Assembly: GCA_965223665.1 (NCBI GenBank)
Contig: OZ245011.1
Span: forward strand, 768,001 to 832,000
Length of the DNA stretch: 64,000 nucleotides
From: Nitrospinaceae bacterium
GTDB taxonomy: Bacteria > Nitrospinota > Nitrospinia > Nitrospinales > Nitrospinaceae
Direction: 5' to 3'
In this document: piece after piece, positions 49,742-60,038 of the stretch
How positions within the stretch are numbered: position 1 is the first letter of the stretch
How the letters are laid out: each line of letters starts with the position of its first letter
Position numbers and translations under genes: made by a program
The notes under the pieces: generated by a model
Database searches by the model: none
Told to the model about the DNA's origin: nothing
The model's input: the letters and a program-made list of their open reading frames with translations, nothing else

Positions 49742-52700
49742 TTATGCTACATCGATAGCATTTAGAATTTTCTTTAAATATTTTTTTATAAGGTTCACGT
49801 TTTCACGCCACCCCGATTGTTCCAACAAAAGATTAATTTCAAATTCTGAGACAAGTTTCATTTTTTTTTCAAGGATGTCCATCAGAATATTTGATGATAT
49901 AGGAGTAGAAGCCGCAATTTTCATTATAACCACATTTTTAGTCAAAATTAACTCCGTAACATGTAATCTTTGACAATCCATTCTTAACTCAATAATTGCA
50001 ATGAGTTTTTCCAGAGGTTCGGGAATGGGCCCAAATCGATCCTTTATTTCATTTTTTAAAGATTCTATATCTTCTATATCGTTGGATAATTGCAACCTTC
50101 TATACATTTCTAGACGCTGATTCATGTCCTGGATGTAATCTGTGGGGATGTAACCTTTAATTTGAATATCTACCAGGGTATCAATTTTTTTATCAACTGC
50201 TTGACCTTGGATCTCGTTAATTGTTTCTTCCATCATTTTACAATAGAGATCAAACCCAATTGCAGAAATATGTCCGGATTGATTTTTCCCTAACATATTC
50301 CCTGTCCCTCGTATTTCCATATCCCTCGCCGCCAGTTGAAAACCTGCACCCAGGTCACTCATCTCCTCAATGGCAAATAAGCGCTTTCTGGCCTCTTCAG
50401 AAATCGACATAGTTCCAGGAACCAACAAATAAGCAAAAGCTTGATGCCTATAACGCCCTACTCTTCCACGCAATTGGTAAAGTTGGGCCAACCCGAATTT
50501 ATCCGCCCTATTAATAATTATTGTATTGGCGGTTGGAATATCCAAACCTGATTCAATTATTGATGTGCATAGCAGCAAATCTATTTCCCCATCAATAAAT
50601 TGCTTCATAACCGTCTCCAACATACGCTCTTGCATTTGACCATGAGCAATTCCAATTTTTACTTCCGGAATTATTTTTTGAAGTAATGCCGCCATGGAAT
50701 GTATTCCCTGCACTCTGTTATGCACAAAATATACCTGGCCTCCCCGTTCTATTTCTCTTAATACTGCTTTCCGTATTATTCCTTCTTCAAATTTCCTAAT
50801 ATAGGTTTTAATTGAAAGTCTATCACTTGGAGGAGTTTCAATTACACTTAGATCTCTTACTCCCATAAGGGAAAAGTGAAGTGTTCTCGGAATAGGTGTC
50901 GCCGTTAAGGTCAATATATCAACCGATGCACGCATTTTTTTTAATTGTTCTTTATGACGAACTCCAAACCTTTGTTCCTCATCTATGATTAATAATCCTA
51001 AATCTAAAAATTTTACGTCCTTTGACAAAAGAGAATGGGTTCCGATAACGATATCTAATTTTCCTTGCTTTAATTTTTCTAATGTTTGTTTTTGTTCACT
51101 TGAATTTCGAAATCGACTCACCATATCAATTGATACAGGGTGCAACTGAAAACGCTCCCTGAAAGTATTTAAATGCTGTTGGGCTAAAATTGTTGTAGGA
51201 ACTAAAACCGCAACCTGCTTTTTATCTAACACGGTTTGATAAGCTGCACGCATAGCAACCTCGGTTTTTCCATAGCCCACATCCCCACAAATTAGACGGT
51301 CCATAGGCTTATCTTTGCTTAAATCATCTAATACGTCTTCAATAGCTTTCAATTGATCATCCGTTTCTACATATTCAAAAGAATCAGAAAAACCCTGCAT
51401 CATTACCGGATCACCCGGGTACGCATGCCCTTGAGCCACTTCCCGTGAAGCATAAATTTTTAATAAATCGTTCGCCATTTCAAGAATTGATTCTTTTACT
51501 TTCTTTTTTTGTTTCTTCCACTGAGAACCACCTAATCGATTTAGTGGTGGATTTGATTCTCCAGATCCCAGATACTTTTGAATGAGACCCAGTCCATCCA
51601 TCGGGATATATAACTTTTGATCCTCAGCATAAAGAATTTCCAAAAACTCTCCGCCTCCTATACCTGTTTTTATTTCCTTAGAGCCATTAAACTTTCCTAT
51701 TCCATAATCAACGTGAACCAACAAATCTCCTTCTTTTAGATCTTTAAATCCTCTCTGAAAAGCTTGGCTCTGGCTTTTTCGACGATGTCGGTGTTTATGT
51801 GTTCTTCCAAAAATTTCGTGTTCTGCGACTACGATTAGATTTGCTTCCGGTAATCTAAACCCCGAACTAATATGTCCCTGTTGAACTTCTAAGTCTAATT
51901 CTTTATCGATAAGCAACTCATTGACTCTCCGCAAATGTCCCTTTGTCGGAGCAACAATTAATATTTTTTGACCCTGACTTTCCCATTCCCAGGCTGCTTT
52001 GGAAAATTCTTCAAATTTGGTTTGGAAATTTGGAATTTGCTTAACTTCTATATGAAATGTATTGGTTAATTTAAGATCCGAAAACTTTAGTTCATTAAAT
52101 TCCATTGTTGGATTTTTAATAATTTTTGAGAAAAATTCTTCTTGAGAAAGAAAAGAGAATCTGGATCAGGGATTACCTCCCCACGTTCCAGGCATCGACC
52201 ATGCTCTTCCAAAATTATTTCCTGGTAATGTGAAATCTTTTCTTGGATTGCATCTTTTTCGATTTGAATTATCAATGTTTCAGAGGAAATATAATCAAAA
52301 ATATCTTGCATATTTTCGTAGAAAAAGGGTGCCAAGGATTCGAGCCCTGAAAAAAATTTCAATCCTTCCACTTTCTCTAATAATTCACTCATATGAGTTT
52401 TATTTATTTCATTTTCACTACCTAAATTTATAAGTTTTTCCGTTCCTTTTTTTATTTGTTCTTCATTTAAACAAACTTCACGAATAGGCAAAATAGTGAC
52501 TTCATCTATTTCATCAATTGAAATCTGTGAGTTCACATCAAAGTGACGAATTGATTCGACCTGATCCCCAAAAAATTCAATTCGCACAGGGTTAGGATGT
52601 GTCGGCAAAAAAACATCCAGTATATCTCCTCTGGAACTAAATTGAGCCGGTCCATCCACCAATTGGGTGTGTTCCAGCCCGTTATCTACAAAACAATATT

Positions 52701-53190
52701 CTAATAACTCCCTATCCAAGGTTTCACCTTGATTAATAGTAAAGGTATGGTTTTTCAACACTTCTTTTGGTAAAAGTTTTTGAATTATTGCTTCAACAGG
52801 GGTAACCACTATTAAATTTTGGTTTTGTAGTAGCTTATGAAGAATAGATAATCTCTCAGCAGAAATTTCTAAGAGAGGGGATAAAGGTTCAAAAGGAAGT
52901 ATTTCCCATGTGGGGAAAAACTGGGGTATTATTTTTTGCTTTTCTCTTTTTAAATAGTATTTCAAATCTCCAAAAATAACTTCAGCCGAAATTTGATCAG
53001 CCGTTACAACCAAAATAGGTTTTTTTATTTTTTTCCAGATTTGGGAAAGAAAATAACCTTTGGAAGAACCTTGCAATCCTTCAATGATTAGAGGATTTAA
53101 AGTGTTTTTTAAGGTCTCTTGAAGATTCTTAAATACTTGCAACTCAAAAGATAAGGGTTCCTTAATGGAAATTTGTTCAGGAGATTTCAT
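49742..53190 (-). pseudogene. mfd: Transcription-repair coupling factor Mfd, frameshifted as sequenced
   Basis: N-part (RGDILDVF, RIEFFGD.VESIR.FD..SQ) and C-part (VHVDYGIG, GDVGYGKT, DEEQRFG, TATPIPRT, QLRGRVGR) join to 1149 aa with one extra T near 52147-52154. Confidence 0.9.
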
Positions 53191-53211
53191 TAATAATTAA
53201 AAAAATTATAA

Positions 53212-53595
53212 TTAGGATTGCGCTTTTTGAGGGAGAAGATGTTCCCACTTAGGCTTTCCGTCAAGTTTGAAATTAACGGTAACCACAAATGAAGGGCCTT
53301 CATAAAAATTCAATTTAAAATTTCCGCCACCAAAACGTTCCAGTAAATAATCTTCGGGGCGATTTCGAAAAGTATTAAATTCATCTAAACTAAATTTTGC
53401 AATTTCATAAAAATATAAGCCCACACCTTCCTTAATTCCCACAAGTAAGGTAAGGCGAAGTTGCTGATATATTTCAAAAAATCTTTTGTCACACTCTTCC
53501 GATGTTGGATCTCTTTTTAATTCACGCCGTAATTTAGGTTTATAATAATCGCGAAATGCCTGCTTGACCCATTGAATTCCTTCTATATTTTCCAT
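53212..53595 (-). CDS. Hypothetical protein (127 aa)
   Basis: ORF 21 nt upstream of mfd on the same strand; no motif recognised. Confidence 0.7.
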   Translation of the reverse strand: MENIEGIQWVKQAFRDYYKPKLRRELKRDPTSEECDKRFFEIYQQLRLTLLVGIKEGVGLYFYEIAKFSLDEFNTFRNRPEDYLLERFGGGNFKLNFYEGPSFVVTVNFKLDGKPKWEHLLPQKAQS

Positions 53596-53688
53596 TTTTG
53601 AATTATGATTATGGTTATATGTTTAAAATAAATAAGATTGATAGCATTAAAATCATTTAATTGTATTGAATCTCATATTTTATTAATT

Positions 53689-54579
53689 ATGTCCGCAAAA
53701 ACCAATAGGGAAATTACCAGAGTAGGCTTGGTTCAATTGGCTTGTTCCGAAAATCCTGAAATAAATATTAAAAATGCTATTCAAGGCATTGAAGCGTGTT
53801 CTGAGAAAGGCGCTCAAATAATATGTCTTCCCGAACTTTTTAGAACCCTTTATTTTTGCCAAAATGAAGATCCCATTAATTTTTCATTTGCCGAACCCAT
53901 TCCGGGACCTACAACTAGAATTTTGGCCGCAATTGCGAAACAAAAATCACTGGTTCTAATAGCGCCCTTGTTTGAAAAACGTTCCTCAGGAATATATCAC
54001 AATACTGCGATTGTTTTTGATGCTGATGGAACAATTGCAGGTAAATATAGAAAAATGCATATTCCCGACGATCCTGGTTTTTCAGAAAAATATTATTTCA
54101 CACCTGGTGATTTGGGATTTAAGACGATTTCCACCCAATATGGCAAGATTGGTATTTTAATCTGCTGGGATCAATGGTTCCCTGAGGCGGCGCGTTTAAC
54201 AGCTCTATCTGGGGCTCAGTTTTTGTTTTATCCAACTGCTATAGGTTTCCAGGATTTTGATGCGGAATTAGCTTCAAAACAGGCCACGGCTTGGGAAACC
54301 ATCCAGCGATCCCATTCCATAGCTAACGGAGTTTTCACAATTGCAGTAAACCGGGTAGGACGTGAAAATGATATAAATTTTTGGGGACAGTCTTTTGTGA
54401 GCGATCCTTTCGGTGAATTGCTTTGCAAAGCTTCAAGCGATGCACCAGAAAATTTAACCATAGATTGTGACTTATCCCAAATAGAAGAAACTCGACAAAG
54501 TTGGCCTTTTCTGAGAGACCGAAGGGTTGACCATTATCAAAATTTATCCCACCTATTTTTAGATTCAAATGAAAGTTAA
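53689..54579 (+). CDS. aguB: N-carbamoylputrescine amidohydrolase (nitrilase superfamily)
   Basis: LPELF, YRKMHIPDDPG..EKYYF.PGD, ICWDQWFPE, YPTAIG, WPFLRDRR; coupled to aguA. ATG 53689 preferred. Confidence 0.9.
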   Translation: MSAKTNREITRVGLVQLACSENPEINIKNAIQGIEACSEKGAQIICLPELFRTLYFCQNEDPINFSFAEPIPGPTTRILAAIAKQKSLVLIAPLFEKRSSGIYHNTAIVFDADGTIAGKYRKMHIPDDPGFSEKYYFTPGDLGFKTISTQYGKIGILICWDQWFPEAARLTALSGAQFLFYPTAIGFQDFDAELASKQATAWETIQRSHSIANGVFTIAVNRVGRENDINFWGQSFVSDPFGELLCKASSDAPENLTIDCDLSQIEETRQSWPFLRDRRVDHYQNLSHLFLDSNES

Positions 54580-55612
54580 TCCTTCTTCCCTAGGGTACAT
54601 AATGCCTGGAGAATGGGAACACCATGTGGGAACTTGGCTTACCTGGCCACAAAATCAGGAAACGTGGCCTGGAGTGTACCTGGAGCAGGCTGAAAATGTA
54701 TATCTTGAAATCATTCGTAATTTGTCTCTAGGAGAAAAAGTTTTTATTCTCGTTGATGATCCAGACACTCAGAATCGTGTAAAAAACCTTTTTTCCAAAC
54801 AAAAAATATCCATAGAAAATATCAACTTTTTTATTATTCCCACAGACGATGCCTGGATTAGGGATTACGGTCCAAATTTTCTGATAAATAATAAAAATCA
54901 AAAAATTAAAGTGGCCGCCAACGATTGGAATTTTGATTCTTGGGGAAAAAAATACGATTGGGAATTAGATAATCAAGTACCGGAAAAAATTTTAGAACAC
55001 CTTGATATCCCCAAATTTGAACCGGGGATTGTTTTAGAAGGAGGTGCCATTGAAGTCAATGGTAAAGGAATTTGCTTAACAACTGAACAATGCTTGCTCA
55101 ACCCAAACCGCAACAATGGGCCTTCAAAGGAGGAGATGGAATCCTATTTAAAAAACTATCTCGGTGCAAAAAAAATAATCTGGTGTCTGGGAAATTTGAT
55201 GGGTGATGATACTGACGGCCACATTGATAACTTAGTTCGATTTGTGAATCCAAATACTTTAATATGTGTTGTTGAAGAAGACCCGACTGACCCGAATTAT
55301 CATTGTACCCAGGAAAATTTTAAAATTTTAAAAAGTGCAGAAGATTTAAATGGTGATTCATTTAATATTATTCCCTTTCCCACTCCGGGAATAGTAAAAG
55401 AAAACGGAAACCGCCTTCCGGCAAGTTATGCCAATTTTTATATTGGAAACCGCGTTGTCTTATTACCAACTTATAATCATAAAAATGATTCAAGAGTTGA
55501 ATCGATTTTAGAAAATTGTTTTCCGGACCGCCATGTAGTGGCAATTCAGAGTAAACCTTTACTCATTGGTTTTGGGAGCATTCATTGCTTAACTCAGCAA
55601 CAACCTGGGTAG
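54569..55612 (+). CDS. aguA: Agmatine deiminase
   Basis: MPGEWE.H, DAWIRDYGP, LEGGAIE, DDTDGHID, ASYANFY, IHCLTQQQP. Confidence 0.93.
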   Translation: MKVNPSSLGYIMPGEWEHHVGTWLTWPQNQETWPGVYLEQAENVYLEIIRNLSLGEKVFILVDDPDTQNRVKNLFSKQKISIENINFFIIPTDDAWIRDYGPNFLINNKNQKIKVAANDWNFDSWGKKYDWELDNQVPEKILEHLDIPKFEPGIVLEGGAIEVNGKGICLTTEQCLLNPNRNNGPSKEEMESYLKNYLGAKKIIWCLGNLMGDDTDGHIDNLVRFVNPNTLICVVEEDPTDPNYHCTQENFKILKSAEDLNGDSFNIIPFPTPGIVKENGNRLPASYANFYIGNRVVLLPTYNHKNDSRVESILENCFPDRHVVAIQSKPLLIGFGSIHCLTQQQPG

Positions 55613-55618
55613 AACACT

Positions 55619-56479
55619 TTACAAAATTTTTCCAAATGTAGACAAAACCGGATGGGCCAAAAACTTAATATCATTCTTTGTGAGCGAAGGATGCCAAAGA
55701 TCTACGATAAATACCACTCGCGTTTTTTCCCCTTCGTGAACCACTTCATGCTCATAAGCATCGTCAAAAACAATGCATTTACTTTGTATCCAGGGCCGGG
55801 CTTCAGAGCCCACGCGGATTTTAACAGTATCTTCTGGAACATAAATTCCAAGATGATGCCTTAATCTTAGATTTGAAGACCCAGTATGTGGAAGAATGTG
55901 AGTTCCGGGAATTACTTCCGAAAACTCAACAAATCCGTAATTTTTACATAAAGGAAATTTTTCGACGATGGCTGTTGTCTTTGGAAGTAATTCACACAAT
56001 TCCACATTTTTTTCACCATTGACTCCGTAAAGCAGCATTCCTTTCCATTTGCCACCCTTGACTACAGTTCTATTGTCGGGATGAGTCCCCACGGAAGCTT
56101 TTGCTTTTTCAAATTCATCAATTATTACTTGAGCATTTTCTTCCAATGTTTTGGCCAATTCATCTTTTTCATCAAACCAGGGTTGAGTCGGAAGACCTAC
56201 ACAATGCCAAACACTTGGCCAAGTTTGATCTAAACCACGATTCTGAGGTTCTTCAAAATAAAGTGTTCCTAAACCATAATTTTTAGCAGTTTCATCCGTT
56301 TTACGTTTAAATAGTAGCCAGGAGAGGATGTGTAATATTCCACTAAAGCTGACTACAAACTTTAAAGGCAGTCCATACCAAAATAAACTACGGATATTTG
56401 GGCTATCATATTTCTTCATTAAACGTCGAAGAACCCAACAATCTCCAATAAACTTAAAAAAGCAACATACTGTTTTCAT
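55619..56479 (-). CDS. Aspartyl/asparaginyl beta-hydroxylase-family Fe(II)/2OG dioxygenase
   Basis: PGTHILPHTG..NLRLRHHLG, FDDAYEHEV, RVVFIVDLWHP; hydrophobic N-terminal segment. Confidence 0.85.
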   Translation of the reverse strand: MKTVCCFFKFIGDCWVLRRLMKKYDSPNIRSLFWYGLPLKFVVSFSGILHILSWLLFKRKTDETAKNYGLGTLYFEEPQNRGLDQTWPSVWHCVGLPTQPWFDEKDELAKTLEENAQVIIDEFEKAKASVGTHPDNRTVVKGGKWKGMLLYGVNGEKNVELCELLPKTTAIVEKFPLCKNYGFVEFSEVIPGTHILPHTGSSNLRLRHHLGIYVPEDTVKIRVGSEARPWIQSKCIVFDDAYEHEVVHEGEKTRVVFIVDLWHPSLTKNDIKFLAHPVLSTFGKIL

Positions 56480-56612
56480 AAAGTAGTTAATTACTCTTTG
56501 GAATATTTAAATTTGATTCGCTTCAATAGAAATAAATTTTCATTATTAATGATATTTGAACTTAAAATTTATTCCTATAAATAGTATAACCTTGCGAATT
56601 TAAAGAAGGGAA

Positions 56613-56930
56613 TTAATCATTCGAAACTGTTTTTTCGGGGAGGCTGGGACGATTTAATTTTTGAACCTCTGTATTTAAAAAATTGATAGTTTTATCTTGC
56701 CTGCGAATGACTGAGCGAAGTTTCAACTGAGCAAAGGTGCCACTGATCCATGCAATTAAAAATCCCAAACCTAAAGAACATAAAACCACAATCAAAAGTG
56801 GAACCTGAATATTATGAGAATTTAAATTGAAGTCATAGAAGCTTACTTCAACCAAATCCATATTTTTAACTGCAAAAACAGCAATAAAAATTGCAAATAG
56901 GATTACAAATATTATTTTTATAATGGCCAT
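56613..56930 (-). CDS. lapA: LapA-family lipopolysaccharide assembly protein
   Basis: FAVKNM..V.V.F, VPL..V.L....GFL, C-terminal coiled coil. Confidence 0.75.
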   Translation of the reverse strand: MAIIKIIFVILFAIFIAVFAVKNMDLVEVSFYDFNLNSHNIQVPLLIVVLCSLGLGFLIAWISGTFAQLKLRSVIRRQDKTINFLNTEVQKLNRPSLPEKTVSND

Positions 56931-56950
56931 AATAGGTTGGAGTTGTATAG

Positions 56951-56996
56951 AAGAAAATAATAAAGGCCTGAGGTATTATCGCACCTCAGGCCTTTA
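56951..56996 (-). terminator. Rho-independent terminator after 57015-57914
   Basis: Perfect 14-bp stem TAAAGGCCTGAGGT/ACCTCAGGCCTTTA followed on - by TTATTTTCTT. Confidence 0.85.
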
Positions 56997-57014
56997 ATTT
57001 AAACTAAATTATTT

Positions 57015-57914
57015 CTATTCTTCTTCATCTTCCTCTTCTTCATCTTCCTCTTCATCGTCACCACCTTCATCCCCTCCTTCAGATTCCAGTTCAATTTGCC
57101 CTACTGGAGGAGTTTCTTCAGCGGGTGGTTCTTCCGCAGATGGAGCAGGTGCTTCTTCAACTGGTGTTTCAGCAGGAGGTTCCACAGCCGCCTCTACAGT
57201 CGGCGCTTCTTCAGCAGGAGGTTCCTCTGCTGGCATTTCAGCGGGTGCAGCAGCCTCAGGGGAAGGAGCAGTTTCTTCCATTGCAGGTGCAGGAACTGCC
57301 TCTTCTTGTGTTGGCAAAGAAGCAGGTGGCATACCCATTGAATTATCACCCAACTCACTAAGTAAACTTTGAATACCTGCAACAACTTTGTCAGATTTCG
57401 CTTGAATTCCAGCATCTGAACCCGATGTTACACCCTTAATTGCCACCAACGCTCTTTTAAGTTCGGTAACCGCTGCCTGTCTTTCATAGTTTCCAAATCG
57501 CTGTTTTAGATCGCTAACATCTTGGTCCACTCTTGAAAATTTGTCATCCAATTGCTGTTTGAGGGGGCCAAACTTTTGTTCAAGGGTATTGACAGCGGCA
57601 TCTACATCTCCCACTTTAGAATCCAAATCCCTAATAAAAAATAGAATAAAAACAATCGCCAATACTGCCATACCAAAACCTAAATAGGCTATGGCTTTAA
57701 GAAGACTCATTTCTTCTTTTTCTTCATCTACTTCTGGTACAGGTTTGTTAAAATCCTCTTCGGTGGTATCTTTTTCTTCCGATTTTCCTTGAGAATAATA
57801 GGAGCTAGCGTCTTCTTTTTCCTCCTTTTTAATTTCCTCTAAGCGTTCTTCCTCAGGCGTTTTACCTCCACCAGGCTTGTTTTCGTTGGCATTATCCTGA
57901 TCGTTCGTGGTCAT
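57015..57914 (-). CDS. Single-pass membrane protein with coiled coil and Pro/Ala/Glu-rich acidic tail
   Basis: GGAGG RBS; acidic N-terminus, one TM, heptad region, PAEE-type repeats, poly-E/D end. Confidence 0.8.
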   Translation of the reverse strand: MTTNDQDNANENKPGGGKTPEEERLEEIKKEEKEDASSYYSQGKSEEKDTTEEDFNKPVPEVDEEKEEMSLLKAIAYLGFGMAVLAIVFILFFIRDLDSKVGDVDAAVNTLEQKFGPLKQQLDDKFSRVDQDVSDLKQRFGNYERQAAVTELKRALVAIKGVTSGSDAGIQAKSDKVVAGIQSLLSELGDNSMGMPPASLPTQEEAVPAPAMEETAPSPEAAAPAEMPAEEPPAEEAPTVEAAVEPPAETPVEEAPAPSAEEPPAEETPPVGQIELESEGGDEGGDDEEEDEEEEDEEE

Positions 57915-58117
57915 AGCTCCTCCAAAATGTTTTCATCTAAAATAGTTCAAAGGGCGTTTTTATATCCAATTTTGGAAATCCCTAATTAATTTTTTGAGAC
58001 GTTATCTCTTTTTATTCGACCAATTTTTCAATAATATATAGTTGAGAGATAACTCTGGAAGAATGAACCCTATAGGCTCAAATTTTATTCTATAAATGAA
58101 AGGCTTAAGGTCGAAAA

Positions 58118-59062
58118 ATGAAGAACGATCTTACTAACCAAACCCGTCTTTTGTCAAGGAAAATAAAGGAATTACGTCTAAACCTGCGGCCTACCATTTT
58201 TCTTTTAATCTTAGTTATTTTTTTTGTTAAAAGCCAATCTTTTGCAAATCCATTAATGGAAATCCAAGAGATTACAAAAATTCCCTCCAATGAAATAGTT
58301 TTTATTGATACTCGTCCCTATTGGAAGTTTTTGTGGGGACATATTCCCGGAGCCATCAACCTAAGTGATTGGAAAAAGTTCACTCAAAGGAATGGATCAA
58401 TTCCCGGTATCTTAATCCAGGATAAAGCTGAGGTGGCCTCCAAATTGAAATCCTTAGGATTAGACCATTCCAAGTCTATTATTCTATATGGAGACCCTAC
58501 TGATAAGTGGAGAACTGATGGTCGATTTTTTTGGATGTTTGAATATTATGGACTTAAAAAGGTTTTTCTTCTAAAGGGAGGATTTGAAAGTTGGAAACAA
58601 GCTGGTTTCCAAATGGAACGTGGAAATGAGAGAAAAAGAAAACCTTCAAGTCTTAAAATAGAAGACCTGAATTATAATCCCTTGGTTTATGCGGATCAAA
58701 AATGGATCAATAAAAGGTTAAATTCACCCAATTTAAAAATAATTGATAATAGAGAATTAGATGAATATGAGGGGGCAACTCCATATGGTTCGCCCAGAGG
58801 AGGTCATATTCCCGGGGCAATCCATATTGACTGGAGAGACTTTTATAACGAACAAGGAAACATAAAGCCTAAAAAAATTTTGATGAATTTACTTCATAAA
58901 TACCAAATCAATGCAGAACAAGAAATTGTGGTCTATTGCACCGGTGGCGTCCGATCAGCAATGGCTTATTTTGTATTCCGTTTTTTAGGTTTCAGTGTCC
59001 GCAACTATGACGGATCCTGGTGGGACTGGAGTAAGAATTTTTCTCTTCCCGTAGAGTCCTAA
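58118..59062 (+). CDS. Two-domain rhodanese/sulfurtransferase, possibly exported
   Basis: Two GHIPGA motifs, active-site YCTGGVRS, YDGSWWDW; signal-like IFLLILVIFFVKSQSFA. Start codon uncertain. Confidence 0.88.
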   Translation: MKNDLTNQTRLLSRKIKELRLNLRPTIFLLILVIFFVKSQSFANPLMEIQEITKIPSNEIVFIDTRPYWKFLWGHIPGAINLSDWKKFTQRNGSIPGILIQDKAEVASKLKSLGLDHSKSIILYGDPTDKWRTDGRFFWMFEYYGLKKVFLLKGGFESWKQAGFQMERGNERKRKPSSLKIEDLNYNPLVYADQKWINKRLNSPNLKIIDNRELDEYEGATPYGSPRGGHIPGAIHIDWRDFYNEQGNIKPKKILMNLLHKYQINAEQEIVVYCTGGVRSAMAYFVFRFLGFSVRNYDGSWWDWSKNFSLPVES

Positions 59063-59067
59063 AAAAT

Positions 59068-59499
59068 TTAATGGTGAGATCCTTCACCCATTCCTCCAGG
59101 TCCTCTTCCATAAGGCGAGCCCATAGGAGGTCCATTGTGCGACCCTTCTTCATGCTCATGATTAGAACCTTCATGGTTTCCACCAGGACCACTTCCCATC
59201 ATAGGGGCCGGCCTGCCCAATGATTCAGATGCGTGAGTAAGAGCCTCGTTATAGTGTTTCAATGCTTCCTTTGCATGCTGAATGGCAACATTTCCATGTT
59301 GCTTTAATTCAGGAGAAGCATCTTTTAAATTCAAACTAAATTCTAAATGTTTAATCATTTCCTGGAGGTGTAAATATCCTTCCTCACCATGACCTAACCC
59401 CACACTTGCATGCCCACTAGCCTGAGACCAACCTGCTTTGGATGAAAAAACAATCAATAATGCAACCAGGAATGTCATAGGAATGCCAAACCGTTTCAT
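59068..59499 (-). CDS. Small periplasmic metal-binding protein (SmbP-like) with His/Gly-rich tail
   Basis: Signal peptide; His-patterned helices HLQEMIKHLE and AIQHAKEALKH; GGAGG RBS before ATG 59499. Confidence 0.7.
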   Translation of the reverse strand: MKRFGIPMTFLVALLIVFSSKAGWSQASGHASVGLGHGEEGYLHLQEMIKHLEFSLNLKDASPELKQHGNVAIQHAKEALKHYNEALTHASESLGRPAPMMGSGPGGNHEGSNHEHEEGSHNGPPMGSPYGRGPGGMGEGSHH

Positions 59500-59593
59500 A
59501 AAAACCTCCACTAACACTTTTATCCAGTGCTCAATATATTAAAAAGAAAATGAAATAATTATTGAAAGTTAATCAAAAATTTTTCCACAAAAT

Positions 59594-59623
59594 AAAAAAA
59601 CCCCTAGGTTATTTACCTAGGGG
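59594..59623 (-). terminator. Rho-independent terminator after fliE
   Basis: CCCCTAGGT/ACCTAGGGG stem with A7 on + (U tract on -). Confidence 0.85.
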
Positions 59624-59650
59624 AATTTTATCAAATCTTGAGAAAGAAAT

Positions 59651-59971
59651 CTAAACCTGCATTCTCATTACTTCCTGGTATGCATCAACAATTTTATTCC
59701 TAACCTGCATCGTCATTCTAAAAGCTAAATCTGCTTTGCTGACAGCAAGCATAGTTCCATGAACATTTTGAGATTCACCTGAAGCTAAGCTCTCAATAGC
59801 CTGATCCGCTTCTTTTTGGAGGCTATTTACCTTTTCTATGGATTGAGCTAGGGCACTAGCAAAGGTTTCCTGACCATCTTCAGTTTTATTTAAGGTGATC
59901 TTTCCATCAACAGGACTCAATCCCGGATTGAGAGCTGTTTTTAAATTATTTTTTACAGTAATGTCTTCCAT
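59651..59971 (-). CDS. fliE: Flagellar hook-basal body protein FliE
   Basis: F...L...I..VN..Q, VHGTM.A..KA, QVRNKIVDAYQEVMRMQV. Confidence 0.95.
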   Translation of the reverse strand: MEDITVKNNLKTALNPGLSPVDGKITLNKTEDGQETFASALAQSIEKVNSLQKEADQAIESLASGESQNVHGTMLAVSKADLAFRMTMQVRNKIVDAYQEVMRMQV

Positions 59972-60038
59972 ATTAACCTTTAACTTATATATTAATTAAG
60001 CTAACTCCCCAAATAGTCATTGTCAAACAAACTTACAG

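Noticed and set aside
57015..57320. Short repeats as a CRISPR array or VNTR
   Set aside because: They are imperfect codon-level repeats encoding PAEE/poly-E; no constant repeat-spacer pattern and no cas genes.
58001..58053. 9-bp inverted repeat GTTATCTCT...AGAGATAAC in a divergent intergenic region
   Set aside because: Short, widely spaced and plausible by chance in AT-rich DNA; no target-site duplication or second copy seen.
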